64,000 nt of DNA from Deltaproteobacteria bacterium (GTDB taxonomy: Bacteria; Myxococcota_A; UBA9160; SMWR01): positions 440-64,439 of the forward strand of contig JANNIY010000151.1 of NCBI GenBank assembly GCA_031405455.1, written 5' to 3'. Each line of letters begins with the position of its first letter. The first letter of the stretch is position 1. A program made the position numbers and the translations under genes. Shown here piece by piece: positions 29,026 to 39,163 of this stretch. A model generated the notes under the pieces. The model made no database searches and was not told where the DNA came from. It was given only the letters and a program-made list of their open reading frames with translations.

Positions 29026-29127
29026 ATCCGGCCTCCAGCCTGCGGCACTGTCGCATAGCATCGACCGCTGCTTCCGGCTCGAAGCGAGGGCGTAGTCTAG
29101 ACTCGAGCGGCCGGGGGGGCAGGGCGC

Positions 29128-29841
29128 ATGCGGCCGTTGTTGATCGTGAAGTCCGGCACGACGCTGCCCGCGCTCGCGGCGCGGCGCGGCGACTACGAAG
29201 ACTGGATTGCCGCCGGCATGGGGCTCGATCCCGCGCGCGTTCGCGTGGCGCCCGTCTACGCGGATGCCCCGCTGCCGGCTCCCGCTTCGCTCGCGGGCAT
29301 CGTCGTCACCGGCTCTTCCGCGATGGTGAGCCATCGCGAGGCCTGGAGCGAGCGGACGGCAGCCTGGCTCGCTTCGGCCGCGCTCGCCGGGACGCCGGTG
29401 CTCGGCATCTGTTACGGACATCAGCTGCTCGCGCATGCCCTCGGAGGCCGCGTCGGTGTCAATCCGCGCGGGCGGGAGATCGGCACGGTCGAGGTCCGAG
29501 TACACGCAGCCGCGCGCGACGATGCGCTCTTCGCGGAGCTGCCCGCGAGCGTTCGGATGCAGGTGACCCACGTCGAGTCGGTGCTCGAGCTGCCCGTCGG
29601 AGCGCGTCTGCTGGCCTCGAGCTCGGGGGATCCGCACCAGGCCTTCGCGATTGGCGAGCACGCCTGGGGCGTGCAGTTCCATCCCGAGTTCGACGCCGAC
29701 GTGGTGCGCGCGTACCTGTCCGCGCGCCGCGATCTGGTGCGCGCGGAGGGGCTCGATCCCGATGCGCTGCTGCGCGGTGTGAGCGACAGCCCCCACGGAG
29801 CCACGCTGCTGCAGCGTTTTTCCCGGCAGCTGCGGGACTGA
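29128..29841 (+). CDS. Class I glutamine amidotransferase-like protein
   Basis: A 237-aa ORF with the nucleophile elbow GICYGHQLLA and a C-terminal QFHPE His-Glu motif. Confidence 0.85.
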   Translation: MRPLLIVKSGTTLPALAARRGDYEDWIAAGMGLDPARVRVAPVYADAPLPAPASLAGIVVTGSSAMVSHREAWSERTAAWLASAALAGTPVLGICYGHQLLAHALGGRVGVNPRGREIGTVEVRVHAAARDDALFAELPASVRMQVTHVESVLELPVGARLLASSSGDPHQAFAIGEHAWGVQFHPEFDADVVRAYLSARRDLVRAEGLDPDALLRGVSDSPHGATLLQRFSRQLRD

Positions 29842-29965
29842 GCCTGCGCCGCGCCGGAGAGGCTAGAATCCACGGTTCGCGGGCGGCGACGTGAATGCTC
29901 GAGAACGACCCCGATCGCGACGCACCCGAGGGCTTCGGAAGCCGCTACCGCGACGGTGAGGGCGC

Positions 29966-30919
29966 ATGCAACGGGAGTTTCCCTTCTCACCCTACCCGCG
30001 CGGCTGGTATCGGGTCGCGGACGGCGCCGATCTCGCTCCCGGGATCGTTTTGCGGCTCGACTATTTCGGTCGCCCGCTCGTGGCTGCGCGCTTCGAAGAC
30101 GGCGCGGCGCGGGTCTTCGATGCCCACTGCCCCCACCTCGGCGCCCATCTCGGCCACGGCGGAACCGTCGTCGGAAACACGCTCCAGTGTCCATTTCACG
30201 CCTGGCGCTTCGATGGCGAGGGCCGTTGTGTGGGGATTCCCTACGCGAAACGCATCCCGCCCGCGGCGCGTCTGCGCAGCTGGCCCGTATGCGAACGCAA
30301 TGGGCTCCTGATGGTCTGGTTCGCCGAGGACGGGCGCGGGCCAGAATGGGAAGTGCCGGAGCTGCCGGAGTTCGCGTCGCCGGACTGGACGCCGCCGGAG
30401 CGTCTGCAATGGACGGTGAAGACGCGCCAGCAGGAGATGGCCGAGAACGTCGTCGATCCGGCGCACTTCCGTTACGTGCACGGAACGGTGACGGTGCCCG
30501 AAGCCGAGATCGAAGCCGACGGACACATCTTCCGCGTGGTTTCGCGCTCGGGCATGGCGACGCCGCAGGGTGTCGTCGAGGGCACGATCCGGATCGAGGC
30601 GCACGCCTTCGGTTGGGGCTACACGCGCTTCACCGGCATCGTCGAGACCCTGCTCGTCACCGCGGGAACGCCGATCGACGCGGAGCGCATCGACCTGAAC
30701 CTGCGCTTCTCGGTGCGCCGATTGGCGAATTCCGACGCCACGCGCGGCGTCGGCGCGGCCTTCATCGCCGAGGTGACGCGGCAGTTCACGCAGGACATCC
30801 CGATCTGGGAGAACAAGATCCACCTGGAGCGGCCGCTCTTGTGTGATGGCGATGGTCCGATCCCCGCGCTGCGTCGCTGGGGCCGCCAGTTCTACGCCGC
30901 GAGCGCGAGCCCGGCGTAG
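29966..30919 (+). CDS. Rieske [2Fe-2S] non-heme-iron oxygenase, alpha-subunit-like
   Basis: A 317-aa ORF with the Rieske motif CPHLGAHL...CPFHAWRF and the mononuclear-iron motif ENVVDPAHFRYVHG. Confidence 0.9.
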   Translation: MQREFPFSPYPRGWYRVADGADLAPGIVLRLDYFGRPLVAARFEDGAARVFDAHCPHLGAHLGHGGTVVGNTLQCPFHAWRFDGEGRCVGIPYAKRIPPAARLRSWPVCERNGLLMVWFAEDGRGPEWEVPELPEFASPDWTPPERLQWTVKTRQQEMAENVVDPAHFRYVHGTVTVPEAEIEADGHIFRVVSRSGMATPQGVVEGTIRIEAHAFGWGYTRFTGIVETLLVTAGTPIDAERIDLNLRFSVRRLANSDATRGVGAAFIAEVTRQFTQDIPIWENKIHLERPLLCDGDGPIPALRRWGRQFYAASASPA

Positions 30920-30977
30920 CGCTCTCGCCTTCGCGTCGCCGTGACTCGCGGCGGGCCTGCTTCGCTATCTTCACGAG

Positions 30978-31421
30978 ATGGCCGAGGCCATCGCATCCGC
31001 GCCGCGCGAGCTTCCGCCGCGGCTGGTCCTCTTCGACGGGGTGTGCGGCTTCTGTGACGACGCCGTCCAGTGGCTGCTCGCGCACGATCCCGCCGGCAGG
31101 CTGCATTTCGCGCCCTTGCAGGGCGAGACGGCCGCCCGGCTGCGGCGGCTGCACCCCGAAATCCCCGAGGACATCGATACGATGGTGTTCGTCGCGTCGG
31201 ACGCCCGGGGCTCCCGCGTATTCCTGCGCTCGCAAGCCGTGTGGCAGACCTTTGCGGAACTGACGGGTCCCTGGCGAAGGCTCGCCTGGCTGCGCTGGCT
31301 GCCACGCGCCGTCAGCGATTTCTGCTACGGCGTCTTCGCGCGCAACCGCTATCGCTGGTTCGGAACGCTGGAAGCCTGCCGCATTCCCGACGCACCGGAG
31401 CGTCGCCGCTTCCTGGACTAG
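30978..31421 (+). CDS. DCC-family (DUF393) thiol-disulfide oxidoreductase
   Basis: A 147-aa ORF with the N-terminal LFDGVCGFCD motif. Confidence 0.85.
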   Translation: MAEAIASAPRELPPRLVLFDGVCGFCDDAVQWLLAHDPAGRLHFAPLQGETAARLRRLHPEIPEDIDTMVFVASDARGSRVFLRSQAVWQTFAELTGPWRRLAWLRWLPRAVSDFCYGVFARNRYRWFGTLEACRIPDAPERRRFLD

Positions 31422-31474
31422 ACTGTTCGCCTTCGCCCCGCCGCTGGTTTCGGGGCGTCTGAACCAAGGCCCCC

Positions 31475-31705
31475 TCAGGCCCGGTGCGCGGGGTCGAGAT
31501 CCTGCCAGAGCTTTTGCCATTGGCTCTCGGCGGCGGCCGTCGCTTCCTGCATGCTGGAGCCGAGCGCGATGATGAGCTTGCCGCGCCGCGTGGCCAGCGG
31601 CGGCGTGCGCACGACGGCCACCCAGGCGGTGTTGCCCTTGCCGGGGCTCTGATAGAGCTCGCCGCCCACCTGCCGCAGCCAACTCACCGCCTGCTCGAGC
31701 GTCAT
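31475..31705 (-). CDS. Hypothetical small protein (76 aa)
   Basis: This is the C-terminal part of ORF 31475..32119(-), from ATG 31705 (MTLEQAVSWLRQVGG...). Third-position G/C bias is high. I do not recognise the family. Confidence 0.45.
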   Translation of the reverse strand: MTLEQAVSWLRQVGGELYQSPGKGNTAWVAVVRTPPLATRRGKLIIALGSSMQEATAAAESQWQKLWQDLDPAHRA

Positions 31706-31885
31706 GTGCAGCAGCCTCGACGACGGCTCGCAGCGAGCCTCGCCAGGGAGTGCCCCGACGCAGAGCGCAGGTGACGCGCGCTCGCGAAGGGCGCTTGCGC
31801 AGACTGCGTGCAACTGACGCTGCGAATGTGTGGGCGCGCAGGCGCTTTCAGGCGCGGCCGTGTCTTCGATACGCTCGGGCTCGAG

Positions 31886-32467
31886 ATGCAAACGAACCCG
31901 CCGCAGTGCGTGACGGTCGTGACCGGAGTTCCGCGCTCCGGCACCTCGCTCGTGATGCAGATGCTCGCGGCTGGCGGGCTCCCGGTCCTCTGCGACGGTG
32001 AACGCGGCCCCGACGCCGACAACCCCCGCGGCTACTTCGAGTACGCGCCGGCCATGCGGCTGGCGCGCGACGCCCGCTGGCTTCCGCTCGCTGCGGGCCG
32101 CGCCGTGAAGCTGGTTCACACGCTCGTGACGGCGCTTCCGCCAGATCTACTCTTCCGTGTGTTGATCGTCCGGCGACGCGGGGTCGAGGTGCTCGCCTCG
32201 CAGCGCGTCATGCTCGCGCGCCGGGGCGAGGCCTCCGACGCCGCCGAGGATGCGCGGCTGCTGGCCGCGTTCGAGGCGCAGCTCGCCCGCCTCGAGCGGG
32301 ATCTCGCGGCGCGCGAGGACGTCGCCTGGCTCAGCGTCGAGCATGCCGAACTCGTACGCGAGCCGGCGCTCGCCGCCGCGCGCATGAATCACTTCCTGGG
32401 CGGCGGCCTCGATGCCGTCGCGATGGCGGCCTGCGTCGACCCCGATCTCTACCGCCAGCGGTGTTGA
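31886..32467 (+). CDS. Sulfotransferase-family protein (putative)
   Basis: From ORF 31808..32467(+), starting at ATG 31886. It has a P-loop-like PAPS 5'-phosphosulfate-binding motif (VVTGVPRSGTSL). Similarity beyond that is only general. Confidence 0.65.
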   Translation: MQTNPPQCVTVVTGVPRSGTSLVMQMLAAGGLPVLCDGERGPDADNPRGYFEYAPAMRLARDARWLPLAAGRAVKLVHTLVTALPPDLLFRVLIVRRRGVEVLASQRVMLARRGEASDAAEDARLLAAFEAQLARLERDLAAREDVAWLSVEHAELVREPALAAARMNHFLGGGLDAVAMAACVDPDLYRQRC

Positions 32468-32552
32468 GAGCGAGGTCCGAATCCGGAAGTGCAAGCCTTC
32501 GGAGGGAGCCCACCCCCCGCCGCCTGCCTCCGTTCGCAGCTCGATTTTCAGA

Positions 32553-33299
32553 TCAGAGTGGGTTCGGCTTCTCCGCCGGCTCGAGATGGCTCGCGAACAG
32601 CTCGCGCATGCGCGCCGTGAGATCCTCGACGGATTCGTCGGCAAACGAAGCAGGCGGCACCTCGTCGAGAATCGTGATGCGAATCCGATGCCGGCCCCGA
32701 AGCACGACGCCGCGCTTGGGCAGCGCGTTGGCCGTGCCTTCGACGAGAATCGGCAGGATCGGTATGCCAGCGGATTTCGCCAGTTCGAAGGCGCCCGGCT
32801 TGAAGGCGCGCAGGCGGCCATCGGGAGAACGCGTCCCTTCCGGAAACATCATGATCGAGTTGCCGTCCGCCAGTGTTTTTCGGCACTCCTGCATCATCCG
32901 GACCACGCTCGCACGATCGCCGCGCTTGAGCTTGATGTAGCGGTTGAGCGACATGTTCCAGCCGATCAGCGGCAACCGGAAGTTCTCCAGCTTCGAGACC
33001 CACTTGAAGTGCGCGAAGATGCGAAAGAGCACCAGGATGTCGAGCAGCGACTGGTGGTTCGCGACCATCACGTAGGTGACATCCGCGCGGATCTTCTCGC
33101 GGCCGGTGAGCGTCACCGGCCAGGCGGGATTGAACCAGGTGTAGAGGGAGCCCCAGACACTGGTGAATTGGTGCAACAGGCGGCGGCGCGGATCGAAGGG
33201 CGACGTCACGGCCCAGATCACGACCGCGATCGGGAACATCACGAACGAGCTGAGCGTCAGGAAGGCCCAGAAGAGCGCCGACGCCGTCCAACGGAACAT
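32553..33299 (-). CDS. Lysophospholipid (1-acyl-sn-glycerol-3-phosphate) acyltransferase family
   Basis: From ORF 32553..33332(-). It has the HX4D motif (ANHQSLLD) and the FPEGTRS block. The start could be ATG 33299 or GTG 33332. Confidence 0.88.
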   Translation of the reverse strand: MFRWTASALFWAFLTLSSFVMFPIAVVIWAVTSPFDPRRRLLHQFTSVWGSLYTWFNPAWPVTLTGREKIRADVTYVMVANHQSLLDILVLFRIFAHFKWVSKLENFRLPLIGWNMSLNRYIKLKRGDRASVVRMMQECRKTLADGNSIMMFPEGTRSPDGRLRAFKPGAFELAKSAGIPILPILVEGTANALPKRGVVLRGRHRIRITILDEVPPASFADESVEDLTARMRELFASHLEPAEKPNPL

Positions 33300-33306
33300 G
33301 GGCGTA

Positions 33307-34038
33307 TTATTCCCCGGAGCTTCCGGCGCCACCAGCGGCCCGGGCTCGGGCCGCCGCGACGAAGCCGCTGAAGAGCCGCTGGCGATGCTCGGGCGGCATC
33401 CGTTCCGGATGCCACTGCACGCCGATGCAGAAGCTCGGCTCGTCGCACTCGAAGGCTTCGATCAGCCCGTCCTCCGCCCGCGCACAGACCCGCTGCCCGC
33501 GCCCGACCTCGGCGACACCCTGATGGTGCTGGCTGTTCACGGGCCCGGCGGCGTCGCCCAAAAGCCGGGCGAGCTGCGAGTTTTTTTCGAGCACGAGGCC
33601 GTGGCGTTCGTCGCTTCCCGCGAGACGGTGGGGGCCCGCGTGGGGGATGTCGGTCGGGATGTCGAAAATGAGCTTGCCGCCGCGTTCGAGGGCCAGTAGC
33701 TGCATGCCATAGCAGATCCCGAGCACGGGCAGCCGGAGCGCGAGCGCAGCCGCGAGCAACGCCTGGTCGAACGCGAGCTGACGCTGCGGTACGAGTTCGA
33801 AGCGGATCTGCGCGGGATATTCGCGCGGGGGAGCGAAATCATCGCCGCCCGGGATCAGCAGTCCCGAGAGGCGATCGACGAGCGCCGCGACGTCCTCCTG
33901 AATCGGCAGCAGGATCGGTATGGCACCGGATTCGGCGAGCGCGCGGGCATACGTCGTCTCGAGGTAGGCGTATTCGCGTGTCGGGTGCCGACGGCCCCGC
34001 TCATCGAGACATTGCGAGATGCCGATGAGCGGTCGCAT
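33307..34038 (-). CDS. Gamma-glutamyl-gamma-aminobutyrate hydrolase-like amidotransferase (peptidase C26, PuuD-like)
   Basis: This is the C-terminal 243 aa of ORF 33307..35487(-), starting MRPLIGIS. It has GICYGMQLL and VQWHPE motifs. Confidence 0.88.
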   Translation of the reverse strand: MRPLIGISQCLDERGRRHPTREYAYLETTYARALAESGAIPILLPIQEDVAALVDRLSGLLIPGGDDFAPPREYPAQIRFELVPQRQLAFDQALLAAALALRLPVLGICYGMQLLALERGGKLIFDIPTDIPHAGPHRLAGSDERHGLVLEKNSQLARLLGDAAGPVNSQHHQGVAEVGRGQRVCARAEDGLIEAFECDEPSFCIGVQWHPERMPPEHRQRLFSGFVAAARARAAGGAGSSGE

Positions 34039-34089
34039 CCGCGCGAGTATACCCTCGCGAGGTCGAGCGCCGAGAGGGGAGGGGCGAGC

Positions 34090-34944
34090 ATGGCTCGATG
34101 CTTGATCGCCGGTTGCGGCTATGTGGGAGAAGCCCTCGGTGTGCGGCTCGCCAGCGAGGGGCACACGGTGTTCGGTCTGCGACGCCGCGTGCTGAGCCCG
34201 CCGCCGGGGATCGTGCCGCTCGAAGCCGATCTCGGCGTTCCGGCGAGCCTGGGCGATCTGCCCGACGGCCTCGATTTCATCTTCTATTTGGCGTCGCCCG
34301 GCGGCGCCGAGGATGCGCTCTACCGCAGCGCCTACGTCGCCGGGCAGCGCCACCTCTATGAGGCGCTCGCGCACGCGGGCCAGCGGCCGCGCCGCGTGCT
34401 CTTCGCCTCGAGCACGGCGGTCTACGGCCAGCAGGGCGGCGAGTGGCTCGACGAGAACTCGCCGACCGAGCCCGCCGATTTTCGGGGCCGTCGCCTGCTC
34501 GAGGCCGAGTCCCTGCTCGCGAACGCCGCGTTCATTCCGGGCGTCACGATTCGCTTTGGCGGCATCTACGGCCCGCGGCGCAGCAGCCTGATCGAGCCCG
34601 TGCGCGCGGGCCGTGCCGTGTTGCGCGCGGAAGCCCACTTTACGAACCGCATCCACCGCGACGACTGTGTCGGCGTGCTGCGCCACCTGATGCTGCACGA
34701 AGCTCCCGAGCCGCTCTATCTCGGCGTCGATAGCGAGCCGGCCGACGAGGCGGCGGTGCTGTGCTGGCTCGCGGGGGTGCTCGGCGCTCCCGAACCGCGC
34801 GCGGCGGCCGCTGGCGCGCGCGGCCCGCGCAGGCGCGGCGGCAGCAAGCGCTGCCGCAACGACCGCCTGCTCGCGAGCGGGTATGCGTTTCGCTACCCCA
34901 GCTTCCGCGACGGCTATCGGGCGATCCTCGCCGAACCCGTCTGA
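34090..34944 (+). CDS. NAD(P)-binding SDR/epimerase-like protein
   Basis: From ORF 33985..34944(+). ATG 34090 has GGAGG upstream. It has the Rossmann motif IAGCGYVG. Confidence 0.8.
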   Translation: MARCLIAGCGYVGEALGVRLASEGHTVFGLRRRVLSPPPGIVPLEADLGVPASLGDLPDGLDFIFYLASPGGAEDALYRSAYVAGQRHLYEALAHAGQRPRRVLFASSTAVYGQQGGEWLDENSPTEPADFRGRRLLEAESLLANAAFIPGVTIRFGGIYGPRRSSLIEPVRAGRAVLRAEAHFTNRIHRDDCVGVLRHLMLHEAPEPLYLGVDSEPADEAAVLCWLAGVLGAPEPRAAAAGARGPRRRGGSKRCRNDRLLASGYAFRYPSFRDGYRAILAEPV

Positions 34945-35030
34945 GCGGCGGCGCGGCCCGCCCGTGTAGACTGGCCGCGGAGGATCTGCGCCTGCCGCGT
35001 CCGCCGTTCTGCTCGCCGGCCGTGTCCGAG

Positions 35031-36140
35031 ATGCCGGGCGCCGTGTTCGCGCCGGTTGCGCATCGGCTCGCCGATCTACGCAATTCCGTGTGCCCGCTCC
35101 ACGTCGGCGATACCTGGCTGCAACCCTTCGCGGGCTCGCGCATGCAGGATCTGCTCGAAGCCGAGCATCCGGATCTGCATCGCTACAGCGAGACCCAGGG
35201 CCAGCCGGCCCTGGTTTCGGCGTTGCTCGAAAAGGTCCGCACGCGCAACCGGATTCCCTGCGAGCGCGGATCCGTGCTCGTCTCTGCCGGCGCCACCGGC
35301 GCGCTGGGTGCGGCCGTGGGGATGTGCTCGGCGCCCGGCGAAGAAGTGCTCGTGCTGGCGCCCTTCTGGCCGCTGATCCGCGGGATCGTGCAGGCCTTTC
35401 GCGCGACGCCGGTCGAAGTTCCGTTCTACGACCGCGTGGATTCCGCGGAGTCGGCCGTGGCGGCCGTGCGCGCGCGCATGACGCCAAAGAGCGTCGCCCT
35501 CTACGTCTCGACTCCCTCGAATCCGACGGGCCGCGTGCTGCCGGCGAGCTGGCTCGAGGCGCTGGCCGCGTTCGCGCAGCGCGAGGGTCTCTGGTTGATC
35601 TCCGACGAGGTCTACGAGGACTACGTCTTCCGCGGCGAGCACGTCTCGATCGCGCGCTTCGCGCCCGAGCGCACGCTCACGGCCTTCTCGTTCTCGAAGG
35701 CCTACGGCATGGCCGGCCATCGCACGGGCTACCTCGTGGGCCCCCCTGCGGCCGTGGCGCAGGCGCTGAAAGTCTCGACCCACACTTTCTATGCAGCGCC
35801 AACAGCCGGCCAGCAGGCGGCCCAGCGCGCGCTCGCAGCGGGCGCGGCCTGGGTCGAGCAGGCGCGCGCGGCCTACCGCGAAATCGGAGAGCGCGTCGCC
35901 GCCGAGCTGGGCATCCCCGCGCCCGAGGGCGGCGCGTTCTTGTTCGTCGACGTCAGCGCGCGGCTCGATGCGCGCGGCATCTGGGGCTTTCTCGAAGATT
36001 GCCTCGACGACGGCGTCGCGCTCGCCCCCGGCCCCTCGTGCGGCGAGGCCTACACCGGCTGGGTGCGCCTTTGCTACACGGCTGCGCCGCCGGATGCGGT
36101 GCTCGAGGCAGCGCGCAAGCTTGCCAAGCGGCTGCGCTGA
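35031..36140 (+). CDS. Class I/II pyridoxal-phosphate-dependent aminotransferase
   Basis: From ORF 34761..36140(+). It has the PLP-lysine block SFSKAYGMAGHRTGY and the SNPTG block. The start at ATG 35031 is tentative. Confidence 0.9.
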   Translation: MPGAVFAPVAHRLADLRNSVCPLHVGDTWLQPFAGSRMQDLLEAEHPDLHRYSETQGQPALVSALLEKVRTRNRIPCERGSVLVSAGATGALGAAVGMCSAPGEEVLVLAPFWPLIRGIVQAFRATPVEVPFYDRVDSAESAVAAVRARMTPKSVALYVSTPSNPTGRVLPASWLEALAAFAQREGLWLISDEVYEDYVFRGEHVSIARFAPERTLTAFSFSKAYGMAGHRTGYLVGPPAAVAQALKVSTHTFYAAPTAGQQAAQRALAAGAAWVEQARAAYREIGERVAAELGIPAPEGGAFLFVDVSARLDARGIWGFLEDCLDDGVALAPGPSCGEAYTGWVRLCYTAAPPDAVLEAARKLAKRLR

Positions 36141-36187
36141 GCCTCCACCGGGCCGCCGTCGGCCGTCGTCGCGGTGGAGCGCGCAGG

Positions 36188-36622
36188 CTAGCCGTGGCCC
36201 ACCGGCAGGCTTGCGAGGAACGCGATCCAAGCGTCGGGCAACGCGTGCTCGCGCGCGCCTGCCAGCATCAGCGCCTTGTACCACGGCGCGGCGCGCAGGC
36301 CCGTCTCGCGCTGCTCACAGAGATAGGTCTGCGCCTCGCAAGCGCCGCCCGCGCGCAGATTCACCGATACCGGGATGCGCGAATAGCCCGGCTCGAAGCG
36401 GTCGAGCGCCGCGATCTCCGCCTCGTCGATTCGGAAGACGGCGCCCCAGACGCTCGCCCCCGCCTCGCGCGCGAGGTTCACCTTCCCCGAGCCGTCGACG
36501 GAGCGCTTGTCGAGGCAGAGTCGAAAGCCCGCGAGCTGCGCGGCGCCGAGCGTCTGCGCGGAGGGCGCGCGCTCGCGCAGGCGCGCACTCGGCAGGTTCG
36601 ACCCGAAGGCGAAGTATTCGAT
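36188..36622 (-). CDS. Gamma-glutamylcyclotransferase (AIG2/GGACT-like) family protein
   Basis: This is the C-terminal part of ORF 36188..37339(-). The family N-terminus YFAFGSNL is present, but no ATG/GTG/TTG lies between it and the PPIase stop. ATC 36622, with GAGG 5 nt upstream, is proposed as the start. Confidence 0.72.
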   Translation of the reverse strand: MEYFAFGSNLPSARLRERAPSAQTLGAAQLAGFRLCLDKRSVDGSGKVNLAREAGASVWGAVFRIDEAEIAALDRFEPGYSRIPVSVNLRAGGACEAQTYLCEQRETGLRAAPWYKALMLAGAREHALPDAWIAFLASLPVGHG

Positions 36623-36651
36623 CGTGGCCTCGGCGCCCGGGCGCGGCGCGG

Positions 36652-37257
36652 CTACTTCCGGCGCGCCGACTTGATCAGCACCGGTTCGGTCGGCACGTTC
36701 TGGTGGCCGCCGCGCGTGAGCGTCGGCACGGCTGCGATCTTCTTGGCCACATCCACGCCGCCGGTCACTTTTCCGAAGACGGCGTAGCCGAAATCGCGGC
36801 CGCTGTGATTCAGGAAATCGTTGTCCTTCAGGTTGATGAAGAACTGCGCCGTGGCGCTGTCCTTCACCGAAGTGCGCGCCATCGCGATCGTCCAGCTGTC
36901 GTTCGCGAGGCCGTTGTCCGCTTCGTTCTTGATCGGGGGCTGGGTCGGCTTCTGCGACATGTCCGTCGCGAAGCCTCCCCCCTGGATCATGAAGTCGGGG
37001 ATCACGCGGTGGAAGATCGTGCCGTCGAAGAAGCCGCTGTCCACGTAGGACAGGAAGTTCGCCACCGTGACGGGGGCCTTGGCGGAATCGAGCTCGAGCT
37101 GGATCTCGCCGAGAGAGGTTACGAGGATCACCACGGGTTTCTTCGCCTCCGGCTGGGTTGGGGCTTTGGGCTGCGCGTCGGACTGGGCGCCCGCCGGCAG
37201 CGCCGCGAACGCGAGCAACAGGACGAGCGAGACGAGTCGGGATTGGAGCTTTTTCAT
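36652..37257 (-). CDS. Periplasmic cyclophilin-type peptidyl-prolyl cis-trans isomerase
   Basis: This is the C-terminal 201 aa of ORF 36652..37692(-), starting MKKLQSRL with a signal peptide. It has the cyclophilin blocks [14 protein letters not shown] and SWTIAMA...ATAQFFIN. Confidence 0.93.
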   Translation of the reverse strand: MKKLQSRLVSLVLLLAFAALPAGAQSDAQPKAPTQPEAKKPVVILVTSLGEIQLELDSAKAPVTVANFLSYVDSGFFDGTIFHRVIPDFMIQGGGFATDMSQKPTQPPIKNEADNGLANDSWTIAMARTSVKDSATAQFFINLKDNDFLNHSGRDFGYAVFGKVTGGVDVAKKIAAVPTLTRGGHQNVPTEPVLIKSARRK

Positions 37258-37326
37258 GGCGGCGGACTTTAGCGAATCGTCCCGCCGGCGCGACGGGAAT
37301 CCTGGCGGATTCGCTAGCCTCGGCGC

Positions 37327-38613
37327 ATGGCAGGAGCAAAGGTCGCGGTACTGAGGACGTCCCCCCGGACGGTGTTCGAGGACTACCACCGGGTGATGAA
37401 TCTGGGCGGCTACCAGGAGGCGCTTCCCAAGAGCGCCGAGACGGCCCTCAAGATCAACATTTCCTGGCATTTCTTCTACCCGGGCAGCTCCACCACGCCC
37501 TGGCAACTCGATGGCGTCATCCGCGCGCTGCTGCGCGACGGTTACTCGCGCGATCGCATCCACGGCTGCCACAACCGCACGGTCGTGATCGACGCCCACC
37601 TGGGCGAGCGCGAGAACAAGCAGATCAACGTGACGAGCGCCCATGGTCTGCGCAACATCCACCTCTATGAGGGCGACGAGGAATGGATCCACATCCGCGA
37701 CGCGGTGGGGTCGCTCGCCGATGATTTCCTATGCCTGAACGACGTCTATCCCGAAGGCTTCTCGATCCCCAAGCGCTTCATCGGTGAGAACATCCTGCAT
37801 CTGCCGACGGTGAAGACGCACGTCTTCACCACCACCACGGGCGCGATGAAGAACGCCTTCGGGGGGTTGCTGAACGAGAAGCGCCACTGGACCCACCCGG
37901 TCATTCACCAGACGCTCGTCGACCTGTTGATGGTCCAGAAGAAGATCCACTCCGGCATCTTTGCCGTGATGGATGGCACGTTCGCGGGAGACGGCCCCGG
38001 GCCGCGTTGCATGATTCCGCACGTGAAGAACGTGCTGCTCGCGAGCGCCGACCAGGTGGCGATCGATGCCACCGCGGCAAGGCTGATGGGTTTCGACCCG
38101 ATGTCGATCGATTACATCCGGCTGGCGCACGAGCGCGGGCTCGGCTGTGGAGATCCGCGCGACATCGAGATCGTTGGCGACGAGGACGCGGCGCGCGAGA
38201 ACTGGAACTTCGTCGGCCCCTTCAAGCGCATGACCTTCGCCTCGCGCATGCAGCACCTGATCTACTGGGGGCCGCTCAAGAAGCCGATCGAATGGTCGCT
38301 GAAGACGGTGCTCGCGCCCTGGGCCTATCTGGCGAGCGTCGCCTACCACGACAGCCTCTGGTACCCGCTCGTCGCGAAGCGCCGTATGCGGGAGGTGCTC
38401 GCGAGCAATTGGGGGCGGCTCTTCGCGAGCTGGGAGAACCTGACGCCCGACGAGCGCGGCTTCGCCGATCTGGGCGACGTCACGCCCGAGCTTCAGCGCT
38501 CGGGGTTCTCCGCCTTCCTGACCTCGCTGGGCGTGCTGTTCACCTGCCTGACGGAAGCGCCGGAGTTTGCTGCGCGCCGCCGCACGAAGCGGCTCGGCAG
38601 CGGAGCTTCCTGA
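37327..38613 (+). CDS. DUF362-domain protein
   Basis: A 428-aa ORF. Its overall pattern ([13 protein letters not shown]...[23 protein letters not shown]...[10 protein letters not shown]) matches my memory of DUF362. The function is unknown. Confidence 0.8.
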   Translation: MAGAKVAVLRTSPRTVFEDYHRVMNLGGYQEALPKSAETALKINISWHFFYPGSSTTPWQLDGVIRALLRDGYSRDRIHGCHNRTVVIDAHLGERENKQINVTSAHGLRNIHLYEGDEEWIHIRDAVGSLADDFLCLNDVYPEGFSIPKRFIGENILHLPTVKTHVFTTTTGAMKNAFGGLLNEKRHWTHPVIHQTLVDLLMVQKKIHSGIFAVMDGTFAGDGPGPRCMIPHVKNVLLASADQVAIDATAARLMGFDPMSIDYIRLAHERGLGCGDPRDIEIVGDEDAARENWNFVGPFKRMTFASRMQHLIYWGPLKKPIEWSLKTVLAPWAYLASVAYHDSLWYPLVAKRRMREVLASNWGRLFASWENLTPDERGFADLGDVTPELQRSGFSAFLTSLGVLFTCLTEAPEFAARRRTKRLGSGAS

Positions 38614-38627
38614 AACAGGCGCGGGTG

Positions 38628-39098
38628 CTACTCGTGGATCTGCTCGGCGAGGTAGCGCTCCTTGCCGATTTCTCCGACGATGTGCAGCTGGCTCTCGAGC
38701 CAATCGGCGCCCGACTCCTCGCCGGCGAGGATCCTCTCGAGCAGCTCGCGCGTGCCGTTGTCGCCCTTCGCGACGCAAACCGCGATGCCCTTGTTGAGCC
38801 GATCGATGGCGTCGCGCTCGAGCGCGAGATCGAGCTTGTGCTGTTCGATCGCGTCCTCTCCGACACCGACGGGGTTCAGTCGCTGCATGTTGGGGACGCC
38901 CTCGAGATAGAGGATCCGATCGATCACGGCGTCGGCATCCTTCATCTCACCGATCGACTCTTCGCGCTTCTTGTGCGAAAGGCGCGCATAGCCCCAGTTC
39001 TCACACATCTTGTGATGGATGAAATACTGGTTCACCGCGGTGAGCTCGGCGGTGAGAACGGCGTTCAGCAGCTCGAGGATCTGGGGGTCGCCCTGCAT
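38628..39098 (-). CDS. bfr: Bacterioferritin
   Basis: A 156-aa ORF. The sequence MQGDPQILELLNAVLTAELTAVNQYFIHHKM...EESIGEMKDAD...ILYLEG includes the heme-ligand Met and the ferroxidase Glu/His residues. Confidence 0.95.
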   Translation of the reverse strand: MQGDPQILELLNAVLTAELTAVNQYFIHHKMCENWGYARLSHKKREESIGEMKDADAVIDRILYLEGVPNMQRLNPVGVGEDAIEQHKLDLALERDAIDRLNKGIAVCVAKGDNGTRELLERILAGEESGADWLESQLHIVGEIGKERYLAEQIHE

Positions 39099-39163
39099 CG
39101 GAATCTCCTTGGCGTTCGAATGGGTTACAGCCTAACCGCGAGCGGCGCAGCGGCCAGCGAAAC

